Shown: one piece after another, positions 54,064 to 64,000 of the stretch
Position numbering within the stretch: the first letter of the stretch is position 1
Layout of the letters: every line of letters starts with the position of its first letter
From: Octopus sinensis
Taxonomy: Eukaryota
Assembly: GCF_006345805.1 (NCBI RefSeq)
Contig: NC_043000.1
Location: 81,654,001-81,718,000, forward strand
DNA length: 64,000 bases
Reading direction: 5' to 3'
Position numbers and translations under genes: made by a program
The notes under the pieces: generated by a model
Seen by the model: only the letters and a program-made list of their open reading frames with translations
Databases searched by the model: none
Told to the model about the DNA's origin: nothing

Positions 54064-54849
54064 ACATGAGACACCAAGATTTCTGTCCCTCTATCTTCCA
54101 TGATTGTTATATAAGAAGGCTAATCTGGTATCAATTTTAGAGAATGCTATAATATATATATGTAAAGATGTGTGTGAGACAAAATTTATAATAAGTCTGT
54201 GAAAGGGTGTATAACAAAATTTATAACAAGTGTGTGTGTGTGTTCGCGCACGAGAATGTTATGGCAAGATCTGAAAATAGCTCAATGCTTACTCAATATA
54301 TCGATTTTTCTGACTGAACCCCAAGCCACAAATTTATAGGGAGACAAGCATAGTTGATGGAATAAACACCAAGCACATGACTTTTTTTTGTTATTTTTTT
54401 TTTTACTTCACATGAGGAAAAAATACCACAAAGCATTTTATTTGGCACTGTTGTTGTTTAGTTTGTCATCCTTAAGGAATTGAGAATAATTATTTTTTAT
54501 AGGATTGACATGGCGGAGGTCGTGAGTGGTGGTGGTGTATGCATATCACTCACCTATACATTCACTGCCTCCAATCAATCTTAACCTTTCCCCACTTCCT
54601 CTTGAATTACAGGTAATTGTCATCAGCTTTATCAAGGTACGTAATTAGGGCAGGTTCACTACCACCACCACCACCGCTATCCTTACTTCCTACGCACTCT
54701 GCATAACCGAAGATCCTTATCACAGAAAGACAAGGACTATTAAATTCCAGCTGTAAACTGGATATCTTAATGCTAATTAATTAAAGACATTAAAATTATT
54801 AATATTGTCGTTGCCCTTCTTTTTAAAGGTAATGAATGATATACGGTAT

Positions 54850-55900
54850 TTAGTTACATTACTATGTTTCAAATTCAAATCCTGCAAGGTCGAACTTGCA
54901 TTTTCTTCACGGGGTAGATAAAATTTACCAAAATAAGTACTAGTTATCATTACATCATCAATTGCCACCTTCCCTCAAAATGACTAGCCTTGTCCTTGTT
55001 ACAAACTATAATTAGTTACAATCTATTTTATTTTACACTCTATTGTTGTTATATCATTGCAGCAAGTTGGCAGGATCTTTAACTATAAGACATTTCTTCT
55101 AGTTTTACATTCTGAGTTCGAATTTCACTGAGGTGGATTTTGCCTGTCATCCTTCCAGAATTGATAAAATAACTGTTTAGTACTGGGGCCGAGGTAGTCA
55201 ACTATGCCCCTCTCCACAAATTTCAGGACTTGCACCAATAGTAGAAAAGATTATTATTATTATAAAGGTAGGAAGATGGCAGAATTTTTAACAGGCTGGA
55301 CAAAATGCTAAGCCTAATTTCTTCCAGCTTTATGTTCTGAGTTCGAGGTTAATAAGATAAATACCAGTCAATCACTGAAGTCAATGTGACCAATAAGCCC
55401 TAGTACCCATAATTTCAGGCCTTCCACCTATGGTAGAAAGAATTATTATCATTTCTTTTTTAAGGCATTGAGCTGGCAGAATCGTTAGCACACTGGGCAA
55501 AATGCTTAGCAGCATTTCATCCATCTTTATAGTCTGGGTTCAAGTTCTGCTGAGGTTGACTTTCCCTTTCACCCTTCGGGGAGAATAAATTAAGTACCAG
55601 TGAAACTCTGGGGTCAATGTAATTGACTAGTCCCCTCCCTCGAAATTTCAGACCTTGTGCCTTTAGTAGAAAGGATTATTATTTAGGCAGCGAACTGGCA
55701 GAATCGTTAGCCCGCTGGGCAAAATGCTTAACAGCATTTCATCCATCTTTACATTCTTAGCTCAAATTCCGTAGCGGATGACTTTGCCTTTCATCCTTTC
55801 AGGGTCGATGAAATAAGTGCCAGCTACAAACTGAGGTTAATGTGATTGACTTCCCCCACCCACCAAAACAATTTCAGGCCTCGTGCTTATAGCAAAAAGG
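54850..55900 (+). mobile_element. Head-to-tail array of ~5 family-C SINEs
   Basis: Best copies 55465-55680 and 55685-55895; most end in AGAAAGGATTATTATT, immediately followed by the next head. Confidence 0.88.
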
Positions 55901-58608
55901 GTTATTATTATAATGTGGCAAATAAAAGAAATTATGAAGCAAGCAGACACAATCAGTAACACATTGAACAAAATGGTGAACAACATTCTTCTGGCTCTTT
56001 ATATCCACCAAGTTCAATTTTGCTTTTCATCTTTCTTAGGTACTACTTCTTTTAAAAACTATTACAATAAAGACAGAACTGGAATCTGAGTTCAAATCTC
56101 TGTGGAGCTTCACATGGCCTTTTTTTCTTTCAACTGCAGGTTGTTCTAATCACTATTCATTAGCCCCAACTTATCAAACCTATGATCAAAGATGTTCCAA
56201 TTGTGACCATCTCCAAACATTAACATCACTGTCTGAGCCCAGAAATATTTTGTTACATGAACAACTGATGATAATTTTGTGCATAGACACAAGGCCAAAC
56301 ATTTAGAGAAGAATCAAATATACAGACTCGTGATTTCTTTGGTATTTTATCATATTGATTACAGAAGTCAATACAAAAAATTAATCCTGGAAAGATTTGG
56401 ACTCAGAATGTCATACAGCAATTTTGAAGGAAGGGTGTCAGTCAATATCATTGATCCTAACATTTAACTGGTTCAGCAACCCAAAAAAGATGAAAAGCAA
56501 AGTTGACGTTGGTAGGAGTTGAACTCAGAATGTAAAGAGACATTACTACTAAATACCACTTGGCATTTTGTCCAATGCTTTAAAATTTTTGCCAATCCCC
56601 TAACATGTATACAAATGAATAATATAGGCATAGGTTTGATATTTTGGAGAAGGAATAGTCAATTAGTAGGATCCTAGTAGTTGATTGGTACAATTTTAAT
56701 AAATTCAGGAAAAAATAATAAAAACAAAGTCCACTTTGATGGAAATAAAGCTCTCAAAATAAAGGGAGATACACAAACCTTTCTGCCACACACCAAATCC
56801 TAAGCTAAAACATATCTTGTTTGGATCTAATAAAAATCCATGAAAATAATACAGCATACAAAACACACATTTTTATTGTTTGCCGAAAGTTGGAAAAGAT
56901 CAAATAAAATCTGTGACAAAAGTTATGTTGAAGCCTGCTTCACTGGCTCACATGTACACTTGCATAAAACAGAGCATAATCTAAGTGAGATTTGGTTGCT
57001 ATTTCTAATAATCTACTATTAAGTCAAACTTTAAAAAAAAAAACCTATTTAAGAAAAGTGTTCCATCTGTGACCGTTCAAGCATTTATTCAAAGATAAGT
57101 GTTCTAGAATTAGGATTACATTATCTGTTTCCTAATGTTTTTAAGACAGTAAAGTGAGATTTTAAGGAAGATTTGGTTGCTATTTTTAGTAAATCAAATA
57201 AATCAAATCCTGAACATTATGGTGTGTGGAAAATAAGGTGAAACATTGAGGGAGAAATTTATAGCTACAATTAAATACAGACTGTTGTTACAGTTAGGTA
57301 AAAACTGTAAAAAGATAACCACATTATATAATGTTTAATATTTGACTTTCGAGTTCACTTCTTGTTTTTGACCTTCATTTGAAGGTTAATTAAATCACTG
57401 CTAAGTTTCAGAATATACTGAGAGCATATGTTCTATTAATCACATCAACTTGCCTGACAAATAAACCCTGGTCCCAATGATAACATAGTATAGCTATCAC
57501 TCACAACTGAGTATGACTTGATATTATGTTCCATATATTTTCACTGACTGTTTTAGGTGTCCATGTAGTCATGAGAAGACATAGACATCCTGTTGGCTTT
57601 CCCACTTCTTTGCCAACAGAACATCCAGGATATAATAGTTAAAAGGAGACAGAACTGCACCAAAACTGCTACTTATTTTTAGCTAAGCAAACTGGAGCAA
57701 TATGAAATCAAGTGACTTGCTCAACGAAGCAATACATTATCTAGTCCAGGAATTGAGCCCACTGCTTTCAGATCATGAGCTAATCACCCTAACTGCTCAG
57801 CCCAATGTCATATACATATATAATGTTGTTGTTGTCAGGGAGCTACTTATATCAGTGCAATCTTCATTGTCTTACAGTTGCTGTGTGTGTGTGTGTGTGT
57901 GCATATGTACACAGATGCAGCATCAGACACACATACCTGCATCCCTATACACAACTGTAAAGACAACTGTATACTAATTAGCTAATTTCTCGGAGCATTC
58001 ATTAACTCAGTATAATTAAAGAGTTACAAAGGAAAGGGGCCACGCGTATGTGGAGTGATGTTGAGAAGGGAGAAGAAAAGGGGCTGTGTGTGCAGGTGGT
58101 GACTGTATTGAAATAATAACTAGGTCAATCACCTGGTAGGTAGACCTAGATTTAGTATAGATGTTTGTGTGGAGGGAATGGGGAAAACAAGATGTCCAAA
58201 ACAGAGGCAGAAGTGGAGGCAGGTGACAGAGAGAAGGAGAAAGGGAGGATGAAACAATGGGTGTTTGTGTGGAGGAGAGAGATAGAGGGAAGAAAAGGCA
58301 GAAAAAGAGAAGAGGAGAGAATGAAGGGATAATAGGGAAGAGGGAGACAAAGGAGGGGCAAAAGAAGGAGTGACAAGAGGGAAGAATCACTACAAAAAGA
58401 AGAGAGGATGTCAGTGTTGAGAAACTTGTATAAGGGAAAGGGAACTAAACTGACATTCTTTTCTCCAAAAATCTCCCCAATAAAATATTGATCCACCACC
58501 CATTCTAGCCCAGTCAGAGGTTCTATACTCTGTTGTGAGAACGCATTCCAAAACACAACAGGCATTTTGTATATACACATGCATATGTATACATACATAT
58601 GTGTATAT

Positions 58609-58792
58609 TCTTTTACTTTTATTTGTTTCAGTTGTTTGAGTGATCATGCTGGAACACCACCTTTAGTTGAATAAATTTTGTAAGCCCAGGACTTATTCTG
58701 TCATTCTCTTTTGCAGAACTGCTAAGTTATGGGGACGAAAACACACCAACATTGGTTGCCAAGTGATGGTGAGGGAACAAACACAAAGACAC

Positions 58793-58854
<62 letters not shown>

Positions 58855-59015
58855 TATGGTCTTCTTTTAGTTCCCATCTACCAAATCCACTCACAAGGCT
58901 TCGGCCAGCCTGAGGTTATAGAAGACACTTGGCCAAGGTGCTACACAGTGGGATTGAACCTAGAACCTTGTGGTTGGTAAGCAAACTACTTACCACACAG
59001 CCATCCCTGTGCCTA
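58609..59015 (-). mobile_element. Family-A SINE
   Basis: Colinear with 22985-23385; expanded central (TA)n. Confidence 0.85.
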
Positions 59016-59022
59016 TATATAT

Positions 59023-59155
59023 ATGTATTAGTATACCGCTGGGGAAGTGAAAAGTCTGTAACGTTTCGAGCCTACACTCTTCCACAGAAAGGAACACAGA
59101 AAGAAACAAGGAGAGAAAATAAAGAATGTGTAGTGGTTAGCGATTTATCATGGCG
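59023..59155 (-). mobile_element. Penelope-like terminal-repeat fragment with hammerhead-like motif (59059-59087)
   Basis: Minus strand CTGTGGA A GAGT-GTAG-GCTC GAAACGTTA; homologous to 27759-27945. Confidence 0.6.
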
Positions 59156-59227
59156 AAATCAAATGACAGGAATATATAAAAAAGATATATGTGTGTGTGT
59201 ATATATATATATGTATATCTTTTTTAT

Positions 59228-59603
59228 ATATTCCAGTCATTTGACTGCAACCATTCTAGATCCCCACCTCAGTCGAACAAATCAACCCTAGCACTTATTC
59301 TTTATAAGCCTTGTCCTTATTCTATCGGTCTCTTTTGCTAAACTGCTAAGTTATGAGGAAGTGAACACACCAACATCGGTTGTCAAGCGATGATCGGGGG
59401 ACAAACAGAGACACACAAGCATATACATATACACATATATATATGCAACAGGCTTCTTTCAGTTTCCATCAACCAAATCCACTCACATGGCTTTGGTTGG
59501 CCTGAGGCTATAGTAGAAGACACTTGCCCAAGGTGCCATGCAGTGGGACTGAATCTGGAACCATGTGGTTGGTAAGCAAGTTACTTACCATACAGTCACT
59601 CCT
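59228..59603 (-). mobile_element. Family-A SINE
   Basis: Colinear with 22985-23385. Confidence 0.85.
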
Positions 59604-60276
59604 TATTATATATATATGCATATGTGTGTGTACACACACGTCCACGCACACACAAACGTTTTAATTATACATTACACTCACAGATATCAACACATCACCA
59701 AACAAATAAAGTGAGATTGATAAAGCCAAGAAAATGAATCTTTTAGATATGAATTGGTAATCACAATGACTAGGACACAAATCAGAACAACCACACGCAC
59801 AACATGTAGACATAATACAATAAGAATATTAATGCAAACATGAAAAGGCAAACCATGAAAAATTGCAAAGAGACTTCAGATAATTCAATTCATGTACCTT
59901 TTTTCTTACAGATAGATACCAGTTAAAATAAAAATACAACGTAGTGGAACATACTTGTAAGCTAATTATGTTGTGAAGGAGCAATGCTAAAATCATGACA
60001 ATTGTTGTTATACTTATATAAGAAAGTGAAACATGTAGTGCTAGTGGTGTTTTATATATAATCTAAATCTCTCTCTCTCTTTCTCTAGATATGTGTGTGT
60101 GTGTGTGTGTATATATATATGTATGCTAGCAGAGATACCTGGCCTTGCTCGGGATTAAAATGGCATAGTTTTTCTTTTTTGCTTTGTTTCAGTCATGTAA
60201 TTGTGGCCATGCTGGAGCACCACCATTGGTCGAACAAATCGACCACAGGATACACACGCGGTCACATACTGAATCC

Positions 60277-60309
<33 letters not shown>

Positions 60310-60825
60310 TATGTATATACATATATATGTACATACATATATATGTACATACATATATATATATACATACATATATATATGTACATACATATATATATAC
60401 ATACATATATATATATATATACATACAGATATACATACACACACACATATATATATACATACAGATATACATACACACACACACATATATATATATACAG
60501 ATATACATACACACATATACTCTTTTACTTGTTTCAGTCATTTGACTGCGGCCATGCTAGAGCACCGCCTTTGTGTATGTATATATGTATGTATATATAT
60601 ATATACACACAGATATACATACACACACATATATATATATATACACACACACATATATATACATACAGATATACACACACACACATATATATATACATAC
60701 AGATACACACACACACATACATACAGATATACACACACACACACACATATACAGATATACACACACACATATATACAGATATACACACACACACACATAT
60801 ACAGATATACACACCACACACACAC

Positions 60826-60873
<48 letters not shown>

Positions 60874-60892
60874 TATATATATATATCTCTAT

Positions 60893-61093
60893 CCGGTCTT
60901 TCAAAATGTGACCTCGTGTGTACCGTTGGCGATTTTTTTTTCCCTCTGTCTTCCCTTCTGTTTCCGACGAAGAGCTCCGCTCGAAACGTTATACCCTCCT
61001 TCTTCCCTTCTTTCCTGAGCGTCCAATAATACTATATTTGTTCCATGTCCTCGTGTTGTTTTTTTGTGTTTTCTTGTTTGGATTAACTTTAAC
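60893..61093 (+). mobile_element. Penelope-like terminal-repeat fragment (different subfamily) with hammerhead-like motif at 60964-60991
   Basis: CCGACGA A GAGC-TCC-GCTC GAAACGTTA; (TA)n on both sides. Confidence 0.55.
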
Positions 61094-61152
61094 TATATAT
61101 ATATATATATAGATATACATACACACACACACACATATATATATACAGATAT

Positions 61153-61187
<35 letters not shown>

Positions 61188-61200
61188 CAGATATACATAC

Positions 61201-61231
<31 letters not shown>

Positions 61232-61348
61232 CAGATATACATACACACACACATATATATATATATACATACACATATACATATACACACACACATATAT
61301 ATATATATATACATACACATATATATATAGAGAGATATACATACACAC

Positions 61349-61402
<54 letters not shown>

Positions 61403-61582
61403 TAAGTAATACTAAGTAATTAAGGGTTTAGCAACGATTTGCCTCACCACACACCGAATTTAGAAATAGCAGTCAAAGAGTTATAGCTATTATAGCTATA
61501 TATATATATGGACAGATATACATACACACATATATATATGTATGTACAGATATACATACACATATACATACATATATATATA

Positions 61583-61824
61583 TCACCTTGACCGACCAGT
61601 CCGTCAGGCGTCCATTTGACACCGCTGGTCACAGCACGCTGTCCACTCCTCCCTGGATCGCGCCTTTCTCATCCACGTGATCCCAATCGTCCTCCTGAAA
61701 TCGTAACTCCACCGTCGTGGAGGCCTTCCGGGTGGTCTTTTCCGCTCGCGCAGGTACCACTCGACAACTGCATGCGTCCACCGATTATCGGTGAGCCGGG
61801 CGACGTGTCCAGCCCATCTATACT

Positions 61825-61825
<1 letters not shown>
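61583..61825 (-). mobile_element. 5'-truncated RTE-clade LINE 3' end
   Basis: [43 protein letters not shown]...[11 protein letters not shown] is the typical RTE ORF C-terminus; open frame, CpG-rich, flanked by (TA)n. Confidence 0.9.
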
Positions 61826-61856
<31 letters not shown>

Positions 61857-61960
61857 TATACATACACATATACATAGATATATACATACACATATACACA
61901 GATATACATACACACACACACACATATATATATATATACAGATATTCATACACACACATA

Positions 61961-62001
<41 letters not shown>

Positions 62002-62537
62002 TTAGTAGATAGTGAAAGTATTAATAATGAAACTATTAAAACTGGAAGTATTATCTCACATTACGATAGAGATGTTATTGTTTCACTTTTGACGCATAAT
62101 ACTGAAATAATGTAAGCGATAAGAGATTGCTCTGGGCTTGTATTTGGCAAGAAGTTGAATACTTTTTTTGGCCCATGACACTGCAAGGACCTCCTAAGTA
62201 AAGTATGTGTAAAATTTGAATGAAACTTGTTGGGCAGTTCTCGAGTCTTAGTGATGCACAGAGTTTTATATATATATAGAAAGAAAAAAAGAGTTTATGT
62301 TTGTTTTTTATGTTATAATAAATACAATCTTACATTAATCCAACTGGTTACTTTATATGTTTGTTTAGTACAAATTTATCAAGCTTAATCAAGAATATTA
62401 CTGATAGTGACTTCAAAGTTTTAGCCAGTTAATCCCTTATTGGACAGGCAGTCTGACAATGGCTTAACTGGCTGAAACTTTGAAGTCACTGTCAATAATA
62501 TTTTAAAGAAAATAAATAAATAAATATACATACACAT

Positions 62538-62572
<35 letters not shown>

Positions 62573-63135
62573 CAGACACACATATGCATGCACCCAAGTA
62601 AAAATACATACATATATATATATATATGGTGCCCCAACATTGCTATAGTCTAATGACTGAAACAAGTACAAGATAAAAAAATAAAAAGATACACACACAC
62701 AATTATGTTACATCTCTCTCTGACAGCTGTATCATCTTTGAAGCTCCTGCTGCTTGCCTCCACCCACTTTTCTCCTGCATCCTTCTATTTATCTCAACTC
62801 ATAGTTCCTTGTTCATTCACCCTACATACTTTGGCAGTCTGACTCTCCATCCCCTTATTTTGCTTCCCATACAATCTTACAGTCAACCCACCCATCTCTC
62901 CTCATCTTGTACATTGTGGTATCACCTGGGCAACTTATCACTATTGTCTATCTCTTGCAGCTCCTACTGTTCATTTTGTCTTTCTCTCCCCCTAATAAAT
63001 GTGGGTACTCATGCAGATCCTTCTACTAGAACCTGCTCACCCCTTCTTATACTAATCTGCTTGTCTCATGGCCTCCCCTGAGCTTTTAGTTCTTCAAGCT
63101 GCATAGTGACCTCAATAGAGCAAGTAGAATGCAAA

Positions 63136-63630
63136 GAAGCCCCTAATGGATGCATCCTGCCATTTCCAATGAAGGGAGATCTCAGGGTCACTAAGAACTA
63201 CAGAGGAATTACTCTCACTGCCATATCAGTCAAAGTTTACAATGCCATGCTACTCATTTGTATTTGACTAAAGATTGGAATGGCCTTAAGGAAAAACCAG
63301 AATTGCCTTTGAAGAAACATAACTTTCTACCAGATTCTGTCATTCCCAAGAGTTATTGAAGGAATTTAGGCAAAGAATCCAAAAGCAATCTTCCCTATTT
63401 AACTTTTCTATGGCCTTTGACTTGATACATAAAAAGAAAATAGGAAAACTACTTCTTGCATATGGTATCCCAAAGGAAACTGTCGATGCCATCATAATGT
63501 TGTATAAAAATACTCCATCTATAGTATGTTCTTCAGATGGCAACAACTGGCATCCTCCAAGGTGACACTTTGGCACTCTACATGTTCATTATATGTCTAG
63601 ATTATGTTCTACATACCTCTGTAGATGAGA
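63136..63630 (+). mobile_element. Decayed RTE-like reverse transcriptase fragment
   Basis: Frameshifted GDLRVTKNYRGITLTAISVKVYN...FSMAFDLIH...LLAYGIPKETVDAIIMLYKNT...TGILQGDTLALYMFIICLDYVL. Confidence 0.88.
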
Positions 63631-64000
63631 TATAATAATAATAATAATAATAATTGTGTACAGTGCTCAGGTGCACTACAACTCATCTAAAGTGTATATA
63701 TAATCAGGTGAAGTTTCGGCGGATTTCGGAAAGCATGAGGGCCTTAAAAGATGCAGTGTCATGGCAAAGGATTCTTTCTTCAACCAGCCAAAAGCATACA
63801 TCATATGCACTCCAATTCCTTGTCACCAACAGTCTCCAAAAGTACGAGCTAAAGGTTTCAGGCATTTGTTTGCCTTTTTTTTATCTTTTATTTATTTGCG
63901 GATCATCATGAAGCATGTTCTGAATTTATGACAAACCTTTATAATCCTTTATAAATTTCTTGTTTCAGCAGTTGCAGATAATCCACACAAGGAGGACCAA

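Larger units (their letters stand above)
60270..62005. repeat. (TA)n/(CA)n field with a CAGATATACA-anchored higher-order unit, interrupted by several insertions
   Basis: The anchor recurs every ~25-40 bp in 60427-60810 and again at ~61110-61240, ~61547 and ~61850-61940. Confidence 0.9.

Noticed and set aside
59912-59956. Plus-strand AG/GT-bounded 45-nt segment (similar case near 40705-40745)
   Set aside because: Stops in all frames at 59.9 kb and no supporting neighbours; it cannot be told from chance.

Overview
AT-rich eukaryotic genomic DNA, dense in (TA)n/(TG)n microsatellites and tRNA-derived SINEs; the repeat content suggests an octopod cephalopod (inference, not verified). One multi-exon protein-coding gene could be assembled by hand on the minus strand (CDS 53058 to 17289). 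It has 11 coding exons with canonical AG/GT sites and consistent phases, giving 2061 nt or about 686 aa. The product has a His/Cys-rich N-terminus, a long Ser-rich region with basic NLS-like patches, about 5 ankyrin repeats and a beta-rich C-terminal domain resembling vertebrate MPP8/MPHOSPH8 (HUSH complex); no chromodomain exon was found. A CpG-richer zone at about 47.4-54.3 kb, with a CCAAT box and two perfect CRE palindromes, probably holds the promoter. Mobile DNA includes a TTAA-flanked internally deleted piggyBac in an intron, three TTAA-type MITEs, Tc1/mariner remnants, two RTE-LINE fragments and several SINE families in nested and tandem arrays. Penelope-like terminal-repeat fragments carry hammerhead-ribozyme motifs; the one at 9524-9570 (minus) has an intact catalytic core and lies in a ~250-bp inverted-repeat pair. 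Nearly all ORFs in the supplied track are artefacts of microsatellites or SINEs. Repeat boundaries are approximate; exon and TIR boundaries were counted base by base.
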